Assembly: GCA_963839545.1 (NCBI GenBank)
Contig: CAWIVE010000003.1
Location: 1,058,267-1,122,266 of the forward strand
DNA length: 64,000 nucleotides
Reading direction: 5' to 3'
Origin: an uncultured Actinomycetes bacterium
Lineage (GTDB): Bacteria; Actinomycetota; Acidimicrobiia; Acidimicrobiales; CADCSY01
The position numbers were made by a program, and so were the translations under genes. The notes under the pieces were generated by a model, which worked only from the letters and a program-made list of their open reading frames with translations, was not told where the DNA came from and did not search any database. Position 1 is the first letter of the stretch; each line of letters begins with the position of its first letter. Positions 39,144-48,629 of this stretch are shown piece by piece.

Positions 39144-40612
39144 GCTCGACGGCGCAGACGGGGGAGCGGCGCCTCCTCGTCGACGGGAAGCTCGTCGACG
39201 CCGGGAGGACGTTCGAGAACGTCAACCCCTTCACGGAGGAGCCCATCGGCGTGGTGGCCGACGCCACCGCGGCCGACATGCAGGCCGCCGTCGAGGCGGC
39301 CCGGCGGGCGTTCGACACCACCGACTGGGCGACGGACCACGCCTTCCGCTCGTCCTGCCTGCTGCAGCTCCAGGCCGCGCTCGAGCGCGAACGGGAGGAG
39401 CTGCGCGCCGAGCTCGTGTCCGAGGTCGGCTGCCCCGTGCTCCTCACCTACGGCCCGCAGCTCGACGCCCCCCTGCGCGAGGCGCTCACCTGGCCGGCCG
39501 AGCAGATCGAGTCCTTCCCCTGGCGCCGGTCGCTCGGACCGAAGGACCCGTTCGGCATGGGGACCGACAGCGAGCGGGAGGTGTGGAAGGAGCCCCGGGG
39601 GGTGGTGGGGGTCATCGTGCCGTGGAACTTCCCGGTCGAGATCACCCTCAACAAGCTGGGGCCCATCCTGGCCATGGGCAACACGTGCGTGATCAAGCCG
39701 GCCCCCGACACGCCCTTCAACGCCACCCGCCTCGGCCGGATCGTGGCCGAGGAGACCGACATCCCGCCGGGGGTCGTGAACGTCGTGACGTCGGCCGACC
39801 ACATGGTGGGGGAGGTGCTCACCACGTCGCCCCTCGTCGACATGGTGGCCTTCACCGGGTCGAGCGCCACCGGCCGCCGGGTCATGGAGGCCGCCTCGGC
39901 GACGCTCAAGCCGGTCTTCCTCGAGCTCGGCGGCAAGAGCGTGAACCTCGTCCTCGACGACGCCGACTTCTCGCACGTCGGGGCCCTGTCGTCCTCTGTC
40001 TGCTTCCACGCCGGGCAGGGCTGCGCCATCCCCACGAGGCTCCTGGTGCCCCGGTCCCGGTACGACGAGGCGGTCGAGTCGGCGGCGGAGGCGTTCGGCC
40101 GTGTGTCCTACGGCGACCCCCAGGACGCGGCGAACATCATGGGCCCCCTCGTCTCCCGCAAGCAGCGGGAGCGGGTCCTCGGCTACATCGAGCAGGGCCG
40201 GCGCGAGGGGGCCCGGGTCGTGGCCGGCGGCGGGCAGCCGTCGCACCTCGACACCGGGTGGTTCGTCGAGCCCACGCTCTTCGCCGACGTCGACAACTCG
40301 ATGACCATCGCCCGCGAGGAGATCTTCGGCCCCGTGCTCGTCGTCATCCCGTTCGAGGACGACGACGACGCCGTCCGCATCGCCAACGACAGCCCGTTCG
40401 GGCTGTCGGGGATGATCACCTCGGGAGACCTCGACCGCGCCAAGTCCGTCGCCGCCCGCATCCGGACGGGGACGCTCGGCCTCAACGGCGGCATCTACTA
40501 CGGCGCCGATGCGCCGTTCGGCGGCTACAAGGAGTCGGGCATCGGTCGGCAGTGCGGCATCGAGGGCCTCGAGGTGTTCACCGAGACCAAGACCGTGGCC
40601 TTCCCGGCATGA
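39140..40612 (+). CDS. Aldehyde dehydrogenase
   Basis: Tail of ORF 38546..40612 from GTG 39140 (GTGA overlap). VPWNFP, FLELGGKS and the catalytic-Cys region HAGQGCAIPTR. Confidence 0.9.
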   Translation: MSSTAQTGERRLLVDGKLVDAGRTFENVNPFTEEPIGVVADATAADMQAAVEAARRAFDTTDWATDHAFRSSCLLQLQAALEREREELRAELVSEVGCPVLLTYGPQLDAPLREALTWPAEQIESFPWRRSLGPKDPFGMGTDSEREVWKEPRGVVGVIVPWNFPVEITLNKLGPILAMGNTCVIKPAPDTPFNATRLGRIVAEETDIPPGVVNVVTSADHMVGEVLTTSPLVDMVAFTGSSATGRRVMEAASATLKPVFLELGGKSVNLVLDDADFSHVGALSSSVCFHAGQGCAIPTRLLVPRSRYDEAVESAAEAFGRVSYGDPQDAANIMGPLVSRKQRERVLGYIEQGRREGARVVAGGGQPSHLDTGWFVEPTLFADVDNSMTIAREEIFGPVLVVIPFEDDDDAVRIANDSPFGLSGMITSGDLDRAKSVAARIRTGTLGLNGGIYYGADAPFGGYKESGIGRQCGIEGLEVFTETKTVAFPA

Positions 40613-41826
40613 CCAGGCCGCTCGAGGGGATCCGCGTCGTCGAGGTGGCCAGCTGGATGTTCGTCCCCTCCGGGGGGTCCGTCCTCGTCGACTGGGGCGC
40701 CGACGTCATCAAGGTCGAGCCCATGACCGGCGACCCGCAGCGGGGCCTGATCACCTCCGGTCTGCTCCCCGGCGGTGCCGGCGGCGTCAACTTCATGGTC
40801 GAGCAGCCCCACCGCGGCAAGCGCTCGATCGGGATCGACATCTCGACGCCCGACGGGCGCGAGGTCCTGCTGAAGCTCGTCGAGACGGCCGACGTCTTCC
40901 TGACCAACTACCTCCCGCAGGTCCGGCGCAAGCTCGGCATCGACACGGACGACCTCCGGGCCCGCAACCCCGGCATCATCATCGCCCGCGGCTCCGGCAC
41001 GGGGCCGAAGGGGGAGGACGCCGAGCGGGGCGGGTACGACGGGGCCGCGTTCTGGGCGCGGGGCGGGATGGGCATGACGCTGCCCGGGGTCAAGGACGGC
41101 TGGCCGTCGGCGCAGCCGTCACCGGCCTTCGGGGACGTGATGGGTGGTCTGGCCACAGCCGGCGCCATCGCCGCCGCGCTCCTGAAGCGGGAGCGCACCG
41201 GCGAGCCGAGCATCGTCGACGTCTCGCTCCTGGCCACCGCGATGTGGCAGCTGTCGCCGCTGGTGGTGGCGTCCAAGCTGTTCGGGTTCTCGAAGATCCC
41301 CCAGGGGGACCGCACGAAGAACCCCAACCCCGGCGTGTCCAACTACCGCACGAAGGACGACCGGTTCATCGCCCTCATCCTCCTCCAGAGCGACAAGCAC
41401 TGGACCGACTTCGTCACCCGGCTGGGGTTGCCGGACATGGCCACCGACGAGCGCTTCGTCGACTCGGCGGCGAGGGCGCAGCACGCCGAGGAGTGCGTGG
41501 CGCGGCTCGACGAGGGGTTCGGGCGGATGACGCTGGCCGAGGTGACCGAGGCGTTCGAGGGCTTCGAGGGCGTCTGGGCCCCGTACCAGACGCTCGACGA
41601 GCTGTACGAGGACGAGGCGGTGGTCGCCAACGGCTACCTGCCCTCCATGACCGCCGGCAACGGGCAGGAGGTGCAGCTCGTGGCCAGCCCCGCCCAGTTC
41701 GACGAGCAGCCCGTGCCGGTCGAGCGGGCCCCCGAGCACGGCGAGCACACCGAGATGATCCTCATGGACCTCGGCTACGACTGGGACCGGATCACCGCCC
41801 TCAAGGAGGGCGGCAGCGTCCTCTGA
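40609..41826 (+). CDS. Family III CoA-transferase (CaiB/BaiF type)
   Basis: Tail of ORF 39583..41826 from ATG 40609 (ATGA overlap). LEGIRVVEVASWMFVPSGGSVLVDWGADVIKVEP... Confidence 0.85.
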   Translation: MTRPLEGIRVVEVASWMFVPSGGSVLVDWGADVIKVEPMTGDPQRGLITSGLLPGGAGGVNFMVEQPHRGKRSIGIDISTPDGREVLLKLVETADVFLTNYLPQVRRKLGIDTDDLRARNPGIIIARGSGTGPKGEDAERGGYDGAAFWARGGMGMTLPGVKDGWPSAQPSPAFGDVMGGLATAGAIAAALLKRERTGEPSIVDVSLLATAMWQLSPLVVASKLFGFSKIPQGDRTKNPNPGVSNYRTKDDRFIALILLQSDKHWTDFVTRLGLPDMATDERFVDSAARAQHAEECVARLDEGFGRMTLAEVTEAFEGFEGVWAPYQTLDELYEDEAVVANGYLPSMTAGNGQEVQLVASPAQFDEQPVPVERAPEHGEHTEMILMDLGYDWDRITALKEGGSVL

Positions 41827-41838
41827 CCAGGCTGGCCC

Positions 41839-43095
41839 CTACTTCCCGCCCGTCCGCCGGACCTCGCGGTAGGGGATGTCCCGGTCCTCCGCCATCTCGC
41901 GAGGGAGCCCGAGCACCCGCTCGCTGATGATGTTGCGCTGCATCTCGTTCGACCCGCCCCCGAGCGACATGCCCTGGCGCCCGAGGGTGTAGGTGCCGAG
42001 CTGGGCCCCCACGGGGAGGTCGTCCGCCGGGGGCCAGACGACGGCATCCGGTCCGGCCAGCTCGAGCCCGATCTCCGCCCGGCGCATCACGTTCGTGGCG
42101 GCGAAGAGCTTCATGATGGCTCCGGCCGGGGCTGGCACGGCGCCCGAGGCCATGCCCCTGGTGAGCCGGTCGGCGAGGGCGCGCTGCACGACCCGGCGGG
42201 CGTGGGCCTCGGCGAGGAGCTGGCGGGCCAGTGGGTCACCTTCCCGGCCCGCAGCGCGGACGACGTCCACGAGCATGTCCCCGTCGTCCGCATCGGAGCT
42301 GCCCGCTCGCCCGCTCGTGTAGGGGGAGCCGCCGCCCACCGCCATCCGCTCGTGCACGAGCAGGCGCGAGGCGACCGTCCAGCCGTCGTCGACGTCGCCG
42401 ACCACGTCCGACGCCGGGAGCAGGACGTCGTCGAAGAACTCCTGGCAGAACTCCATCGAGCCGTCGACCTGCCGGATCCGCTCGACGGTCACGCCCGGCT
42501 GGTGGATCTTCATGATGAACATGGTCAGGCCCCGGTGCTTGGGGACGTCCCAGTTCGTGCGGGCCAGGCACATGGCGTAGTCGGCGTCGGCGGCGCCCGA
42601 GCTCCAGATCTTGGACCCGTTCAGCACGAAGACGTCCCCGTCACGGTCGGCTCGGGTGAGGCACCCGGCGAGGTCGGAGCCGCCACTCGGCTCGGACAGG
42701 AACTGCACCCACACCTCGTCGCCCCGCAGCATCTTCGGCAGGTGGCGCGCCTTCTGCTCGGGCGTCCCGTAGTCGACCAACGTGGCGCCGAGGATGCCGA
42801 ACGTCGGCACGTTCAGCGCGTACGGCATGTCGTAGGGCAGCGACTCCTCGGTGAACGCCCGTTGGTGATCGCGGGACAGCCCGAGCCCGCCGTACTCGGC
42901 CGGGAAGCAGATGCCGGCGAAGCCCCCGTCCCACAGGCGCCGTTGCAGGCCGCGATCGTGCTCCCAGCCACCCGGCCGGCTCCGCCTCCCGAGGCCGTTG
43001 CACTCGGGCGGCATGTTCTCCTTCAGCCACTCGCGGGCCCGGGCTCGGAACTCGTCGACGGGTTCCATGTCCGACGTGAGCGCGAACTCGCTCAC
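41839..43095 (-). CDS. Acyl-CoA dehydrogenase (large-subunit type, 418 aa)
   Basis: C-terminal part of ORF 41839..44181 from GTG 43095, which overlaps the partner stop as GTGA. VSEFALTSDMEPVDEFRARAREWL...VQFLSEPSGGSDLAG...GGSNEMQRNIISERVLGLPRE. Confidence 0.9.
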   Translation of the reverse strand: MSEFALTSDMEPVDEFRARAREWLKENMPPECNGLGRRSRPGGWEHDRGLQRRLWDGGFAGICFPAEYGGLGLSRDHQRAFTEESLPYDMPYALNVPTFGILGATLVDYGTPEQKARHLPKMLRGDEVWVQFLSEPSGGSDLAGCLTRADRDGDVFVLNGSKIWSSGAADADYAMCLARTNWDVPKHRGLTMFIMKIHQPGVTVERIRQVDGSMEFCQEFFDDVLLPASDVVGDVDDGWTVASRLLVHERMAVGGGSPYTSGRAGSSDADDGDMLVDVVRAAGREGDPLARQLLAEAHARRVVQRALADRLTRGMASGAVPAPAGAIMKLFAATNVMRRAEIGLELAGPDAVVWPPADDLPVGAQLGTYTLGRQGMSLGGGSNEMQRNIISERVLGLPREMAEDRDIPYREVRRTGGK

Positions 43096-44181
43096 GACGC
43101 GCTCTCCAGCAGCGCGCCGGCGATCCGCTCGGCATGCCACTCGGGCGTGCCGTGCAGCACCCGGTTGACCGTGGCCCGACGCAGGTAGACGTGGAGGTCG
43201 TGCTCCCACGTGACCCCGATCCCGCCGTGGAGCTGCACGCAGTCCTGGATCAGCTCGGTGGCATGCGGTCCGATCCAGGACTTCGCCACGCTCACCAGCT
43301 CGGCGGCCTGCGGCGACGAGGTGGCCACCGCTCGGGCGGCGGCGCTCGCGGCCGCATGGCACGACTCGAGGACCACCTTGTCGTCCGCCAACCGGTGCTT
43401 GAGCGCCTGGTAGGACGACAACGGCCGGCCGAACGAGTAGCGGTCGCCCAGGTACTCGACGGTCATCCCGAACACGACGTCGATCAGCCCGCAGGTCTCG
43501 GCGCACTGCAGCACGCACGCGACCTGGAGGCTGCGCTCCACGGGCTCGTCGACGGCGGCGTCGCGTGGCAGCCGGGTCTCGGCGAACGTCACCGCGGCAT
43601 GGCGGCGGACGAGATCGAGCCCGGCGAGGGGCGTGACCGTCACGCCGGGGGTGGCCACGGGGACGAGCAGCTGGACGACCTCGGAGCCGGTGGTGGCCGC
43701 CACGAGGAGGTGGTCGGCCTGGGCGCCGGCCTCCACGACGGGGACCGATCCCGAGAGGACCCACCCCTGGCCGTCCGCCGTCGCCTCGACGGGGGACGTG
43801 CCCGCACCAGGCGGCGATGGCGGAGCCGTCCAGCAGTGACGGGAGGACGGCCACCCGCTGCTCGGCGGTGCCTCCCCGGGCGATCGCCGCGGCGACGACG
43901 TTGACCGGCGCCAGCGGTCCCGGCGCCACGTGTCGCCCCATCTCCTCCGCCACGAGCACCAGGTCGAGCAGCCCGTGGTCCGACAGGGAGCCCCCGCCCA
44001 GCGCTTCGGGCACCAGCATGGACGTCCACCCCAGCTCCGCCCCCTGGCGCCAGGAGGACCCGTCGAAGCCGGCCGGGTCGTCCTCGAGGGCACGGACGAG
44101 TGGGATCGAGGCGGAGGCGTCGAGGAACCGGCGGGTCGTGTCGAGGAGGAAGGCCTGGTCCTCGGTCAGCTGGAGCTCCAC
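43092..44181 (-). pseudogene. Acyl-CoA dehydrogenase family protein (small-subunit type), one frameshift
   Basis: VELQLTEDQAFLLDTTRRFL...LVPEALGGGSLSDHGLLDLVLVAEEMGRH...DGSAIAAWCG. An indel near 43795 shifts the frame, after which it continues TSPVEATADGQGWVLSG...YSFGRPLSSYQALKHRLAD...LHGGIGVTWEHDLHVYLRRA...LLESAS* (ORF 43092..44093). Confidence 0.85.
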
Positions 44182-44202
44182 CCGACGGCAGTGTAGGGTT
44201 AT

Positions 44203-44218
44203 CTAACAGCCACGTCAC
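44203..44218 (+). promoter_or_regulatory. Operator-like site (site 10)
   Basis: CTAACAGCCACGTCAC lies just after a TAGGGT -10-like hexamer (44194-44199) and 21 nt upstream of ATG 44240, in a 58-bp divergent gap. Confidence 0.5.
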
Positions 44219-44239
44219 TTCCCGAGGGGGGCTCCGACG

Positions 44240-45436
44240 ATGCCGTCTCGTCAGCTCGACTTTCCCGTCTTCGACGTCGACAACCACATGTACGAGACGA
44301 GGGACGCGCTCACGAAGTTCATCCCCGAGCGCTACAAGAACGTGATCGGGTACGTCGAGGTGAACGGCCGCACGAAGATCACGGTCAAGAACAAGATCAG
44401 CGACTACATCCCCAACCCCACCTTCGACCGCGTGGCCGCCCCGGGAGCGCAGGAGGAGTACTTCAAGGTCGGCAACCCCGACGGCAAGAGCCGTCGGGAG
44501 ATCATGGGGAAGGCCATCGACGCCATCCCCGCCTTCCGGGAACCGGGCCCCCGCCTCGAGCTGATGGACGAGCTCGGCCTCGACCGGGCGGTGATGTGGC
44601 CGACCCTCGCCAGCCTCGTCGAGGAGCGCCTGCGCGACGATCCCGACGCCATCCACGCCGTGATCCACGCCCTCAACGAGTGGATGTACGAGACCTGGAC
44701 GTACAACTACGAGAACCGGATCTTCCCCACGCCGGTGATCACGCTCCCCATCGTCGAGGAGGCCATCAAGGAGCTCGACTGGGTCACCGAGCGGGGCGCC
44801 AAGATCGTCCTCATCCGGCCCGCACCGGTCCCCGGCTTCCGGGGGACGCGATCCTTCGCGCTCCCGGAGTTCGATCCGTTCTGGCAGCTGGTCGAGGAGC
44901 GCGACATCGTCGTGGGGATGCACGCCTCCGACAGCGGCTACCAGCGCTACATCAACGAGTGGGAGGGCATCAAGGACGACGAGTTCACGCCCTTCTCGGG
45001 CGGGTCGGGCTTCTCGGCGATCGTCGGCCACGCCGGTCGGCCGATCATCGACACCATGGCCTCGGCCATCGGCCATGGCCTCTGCAGCCGCTTCCCGGGG
45101 CTGAAGATCGTCCCGGTCGAGAACGGGAGCGGCTGGGTCCGCCAGCTCCTGGAGGACATGGGGGGCGCCTACGCCTTCAACCCCCACCTCTTCGCCGAGG
45201 ACCCGGTGATGGTGTTCAAGCGCAACATCTACGTGCACCCGTTCCACGAGGAGGACCCGGTGGGCGTCGTCAAGCTCCTCGGCGCCGACCACGTGCTGTT
45301 CGGCTCGGACTACCCCCACCCGGAGGGGATGTCGGACCCGCTCAGCTTCGTGGACGACCTCGACGGCCTGCCGCCGGAGGACGTCGCCAAGGTCATGGGG
45401 GGCAACATGAGCCGGCTGATCAACCTCGCCGCCTGA
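44240..45436 (+). CDS. Amidohydrolase (PF04909-like, 398 aa)
   Basis: Intact ORF with FDVDNHMYE..., GAKIVLIRPAP and LFGSDYPHPEG. Confidence 0.85.
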   Translation: MPSRQLDFPVFDVDNHMYETRDALTKFIPERYKNVIGYVEVNGRTKITVKNKISDYIPNPTFDRVAAPGAQEEYFKVGNPDGKSRREIMGKAIDAIPAFREPGPRLELMDELGLDRAVMWPTLASLVEERLRDDPDAIHAVIHALNEWMYETWTYNYENRIFPTPVITLPIVEEAIKELDWVTERGAKIVLIRPAPVPGFRGTRSFALPEFDPFWQLVEERDIVVGMHASDSGYQRYINEWEGIKDDEFTPFSGGSGFSAIVGHAGRPIIDTMASAIGHGLCSRFPGLKIVPVENGSGWVRQLLEDMGGAYAFNPHLFAEDPVMVFKRNIYVHPFHEEDPVGVVKLLGADHVLFGSDYPHPEGMSDPLSFVDDLDGLPPEDVAKVMGGNMSRLINLAA

Positions 45437-45456
45437 GCACGGGAGGCAGCCTCCTG

Positions 45457-47097
45457 GTGACCGCCCGGTCTCCGAGCTTCCCCCCGTACCTCCCGACGAG
45501 CGGCAACCTCGTCCGCTCGGCGGTGGCGCGCTCCGGCAGCCGGGTGCTCGCCGTCCTCGACGACCGTCGCCTCACGTACGCCGAGGCCGATCAGGCGTCG
45601 GCCTCGATCGCCAAGGGCCTGCTGGCCCGGGGAGCGGGCAAGGGGACCCGCGTCGGCCTGCTGGCCGGCAACAGCCCGGAGTGGATCGTGGGCTGGCTCG
45701 GCATCACCCGCATCGGGGGCGTCGCCGTCCTCCTGAACACCTACAGCAAGGCGAGGGAGCTCGGCTGGCTCCTCCGGCACGCCGACGTCCAGGTGCTGCT
45801 GACGGTCGACCGCCACCTCGGTCACGACTACCTGGCCCGCCTCGAGGAGGCCGTTCCCGGCCTCGACCGGCAGGTGCACGGCGAGATCCTCGTCGAGTCG
45901 CACCCGTTCCTCCGTTCGGTCTGGACGTGGGGAGACGGCCGTCGACCGTGGGCCGCGCCGGTCGAGGAGCTCGTGGCGTGCGGGCAGCGCATCGGCGACG
46001 GGCTGCTGGCCGAGTGCGAGTCGGAGGTGACGCCCGCCGACCCGATGGTGGTCGTCTACAGCTCGGGCAGCACCGCCGATCCCAAGGGCGCCGTCCACGC
46101 CCACGGGCCGGCCGTGCGCCACAGCTACAACCTCTGGCAGATGCGCGACCTCGTCGAGGACGACGTCCTCTACACGCCGATGCCGCTGTTCTGGGTGGGG
46201 GGCTTCAGCTTCACGCTGATCGCCGCCATGCACGTCGGGGCCACCCTGGTCTTCGAGGACCAGTTCGAACCCGGTGCGACGCTCGACCTGATCGAACGGG
46301 AGCGGGTCACCCAGGTGCTCGGGTGGCCGCACATGGCCAAGGCCCTCGTCGACCACCCCAGCTTCCGCGCGCGCGACCTCTCGTCCATCCGCGCCGGCTC
46401 GTACGCGGCGCTCCTGCCGCAGGACCTCCAAGCGGGGGCCGACGTCCCCACCGCCAACAGCCTCGGGATGACCGAGACCCTCGGGCCCCACACGTTCGAC
46501 TCCAAGGAGGAGCCCCTCCCACCGGAGAAGGACGGCTCGTTCGGCCCGTCGGTACCGGGGGTGGAGCACCGGATCGTCGACCCGGTCACCCTCGAGCCGT
46601 GCCCTCCGGGCCAGAGCGGGGAGATCTGGCTGCGCGGCTACTCCCTCATGCTCGGTCTCCACAAGAAGGAGCGGGCCGAGGTCTTCACCCCCGACGGGTG
46701 GTACCGCACCGGCGACAGCGGCTACCTCGACGAGGACGGGCACCTCTACTTCACGGGTCGGATGGGCGACCTCATCAAGTCCGCAGGCATGAACATCACG
46801 CCGCGCGACGTCGAGCTGGTCCTCGAGTCGTTCCCCGAGGTCGTCCTCGCCTTCGTGAGCGGCATCCCCGCCGGCGAGCGAGGCGAGGACGTCGTCGCCG
46901 CGGTCGCGCTGACGCCCGGAGCTCTCCTGGACGAGGACGAGGCCCGGCGGCGGGTCAAGGAGGAGATGGCGTCATACAAGGTCCCCCGGCGGGTCCTGGT
47001 GTTCGGTTCGCAGACCGAGCTCCCGTGGCTCGACTCCGGCAAGGTCGATCGCCGCAGGCTCACCGCGGTGCTCCACGAGGCGTTCCGGGAGGACTGA
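45457..47097 (+). CDS. AMP-dependent synthetase/ligase
   Basis: Tail of ORF 44596..47097 from GTG 45457. VVYSSGSTADPKGA, GMTETLGP, WYRTGDSGYLDEDGHLYFTGRMGDLIK. Confidence 0.9.
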   Translation: MTARSPSFPPYLPTSGNLVRSAVARSGSRVLAVLDDRRLTYAEADQASASIAKGLLARGAGKGTRVGLLAGNSPEWIVGWLGITRIGGVAVLLNTYSKARELGWLLRHADVQVLLTVDRHLGHDYLARLEEAVPGLDRQVHGEILVESHPFLRSVWTWGDGRRPWAAPVEELVACGQRIGDGLLAECESEVTPADPMVVVYSSGSTADPKGAVHAHGPAVRHSYNLWQMRDLVEDDVLYTPMPLFWVGGFSFTLIAAMHVGATLVFEDQFEPGATLDLIERERVTQVLGWPHMAKALVDHPSFRARDLSSIRAGSYAALLPQDLQAGADVPTANSLGMTETLGPHTFDSKEEPLPPEKDGSFGPSVPGVEHRIVDPVTLEPCPPGQSGEIWLRGYSLMLGLHKKERAEVFTPDGWYRTGDSGYLDEDGHLYFTGRMGDLIKSAGMNITPRDVELVLESFPEVVLAFVSGIPAGERGEDVVAAVALTPGALLDEDEARRRVKEEMASYKVPRRVLVFGSQTELPWLDSGKVDRRRLTAVLHEAFRED

Positions 47098-48305
47098 TGG
47101 AGATGGAGTTCGATCCGTTCAGCGTCGAGTTCTTCGAGGACCCGTGGGACATGTACCGGTGGCTCCACGACGAGGCGCCCGTGTACCACAACGAGCGGCT
47201 CGGGTTCTGGGCGCTGTCGCGCTACGACGACTGCGTGGACGCGGCTCGCGACGTCGCCACGTTCACGTCCACCAGGGGGGTGAACCTGGCCCAGCTCACG
47301 TCGACCGAGTTCGGCGACGTGGCCGGATCGGACTTCCTGCCGCTCCTGATCATGATGGACCCACCCGACCACGAGCGGATGCGCAAGCTCGTCAGCCGTG
47401 CGTTCACGCCCCGGCGCGTCGCATCCTGGGAGCCGGTCGTGGAGCGGGTCATCGGCGGGTTCCTCGACGACCTGGCCGGGGCTCGGGAGTTCGACGTGAC
47501 CCGGGACCTGGCCGGCCCCTTCCCGGTCGAGGTCATCTGCGAGATCGTCGGCGTGCCGGAGGGCGACCGGCAGCAGATCCGCCACTGGACCGACGCCATG
47601 ATCGAGGTGGAGGTCGGCAACCCGTTCCCCACGGCCGAGGGCATCGAGGCGTCGCTCGCCTTCCAGGAGTACGTCCAGGCCCTCGTCACGGAGATGCGCC
47701 GCGGTCCGCGACGGGAGGGCATGCTGTGCGACCTCCTCGAGGCCGAGGTCCAGCGGCCCGACGGCGGGCTCGAGCGCCTCACCGATGCGGAGGTGGTGGG
47801 CTTCGTCATCCTCCTCACCGCCGCCGGGGCCGAGACGGTGACGAAGCTGGTCGGCAACGGGGTCATGACCTTCGAGGAGTGGCCCGACCAGCGCGAGCGC
47901 CTGAAGGCCGACCCGGCGCTGGCCGCCCCGGCGGTGGAGGAGTCCCTGCGGTGGCGGGCGCCGTCGCAGTACCAGGGGCGGTTCTCGCTGCGGGAGCGCG
48001 AGTTCCACGGGGTGTCGATCCCGGCCGACCAGCCGGTGCTGATCGTGACCGGGGCCGCCAACCGGGACGAGCGGGCCTACGTCGAACCCGATCGGTTCGA
48101 CATCACCCGCGACGGTCCGTTGGGGATCGCCTTCGGTCACGGGATCCACTTCTGCATCGGGGCCCACCTGGCCCGGCTCGAGGGCCGCACCGCCTTCAAC
48201 GAGCTCTACCGTCGGTGGCCGGACCTGCAGGTCGACCTCGACGGCGTGCAGTACGTCCACATGGCGAACGTCGCCGGGCCGAGCTCCGTGCCCGTCGCGG
48301 TCTGA
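47097..48305 (+). CDS. Cytochrome P450
   Basis: Tail of ORF 45681..48305 from ATG 47097 (TGATG overlap). Heme loop FGHGIHFCIGAHLAR. Confidence 0.9.
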   Translation: MEMEFDPFSVEFFEDPWDMYRWLHDEAPVYHNERLGFWALSRYDDCVDAARDVATFTSTRGVNLAQLTSTEFGDVAGSDFLPLLIMMDPPDHERMRKLVSRAFTPRRVASWEPVVERVIGGFLDDLAGAREFDVTRDLAGPFPVEVICEIVGVPEGDRQQIRHWTDAMIEVEVGNPFPTAEGIEASLAFQEYVQALVTEMRRGPRREGMLCDLLEAEVQRPDGGLERLTDAEVVGFVILLTAAGAETVTKLVGNGVMTFEEWPDQRERLKADPALAAPAVEESLRWRAPSQYQGRFSLREREFHGVSIPADQPVLIVTGAANRDERAYVEPDRFDITRDGPLGIAFGHGIHFCIGAHLARLEGRTAFNELYRRWPDLQVDLDGVQYVHMANVAGPSSVPVAV

Positions 48306-48317
48306 GAGGATGTCGCA

Positions 48318-48620
48318 GTGCAGCTGAAGCCCGGCACCCGGCTGGAGAGCGTCACCTGCGCCACCCAGGTGGTGGTGGTGCGGGCGCCGGCCGACGACGT
48401 CGACGTGCGCTGCGGGGGCGAGCCGATGGAGGACCTCGGGGCCGGCGGCGAGCGACGGCCGGTGGCGGGAACCGGCGACCCGACGCTCACCGGGAAGCGC
48501 TACGCGGACGAGGACCTCGGGCTCGAGCTCCTGTGCACCCGGGCCGGCGACGGCTGGCTGTCGGTGGGGGACCAGCCCCTCCTGGTCAAGGGGGCCAAGC
48601 CCCTCCCGTCGTCCGACTGA
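48318..48620 (+). CDS. Small conserved-looking protein of unknown function (100 aa)
   Basis: Intact ORF starting at GTG, 12 nt after the P450 stop. VQLKPGTRLESVTCATQVVVVRAPADDVDVRCGGEPM...GKRYADEDLGLELLCTRAGDGWLSVGDQPLLVKGAKPLPSSD. Codon usage matches its neighbours. I recognise no family signature. Confidence 0.6.
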   Translation: MQLKPGTRLESVTCATQVVVVRAPADDVDVRCGGEPMEDLGAGGERRPVAGTGDPTLTGKRYADEDLGLELLCTRAGDGWLSVGDQPLLVKGAKPLPSSD

Positions 48621-48629
48621 GACAGGGTG

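Noticed and set aside
41839-44181. The single 780-aa ORF as a second fused double-ACAD
   Set aside because: The middle ~250 codons are nonsense. The well-formed small-subunit C-terminus lies in another frame (ORF 43092..44093) and ends in a GTGA overlap with GTG 43095. The long ORF is a read-through created by one indel near 43795, so there are two genes.
48318-48620. The 100-aa protein after the P450 as a ferredoxin
   Set aside because: It has only three widely spaced cysteines and no CxxCxxC...CP or 3Fe-4S type spacing. It is kept as a protein of unknown function.
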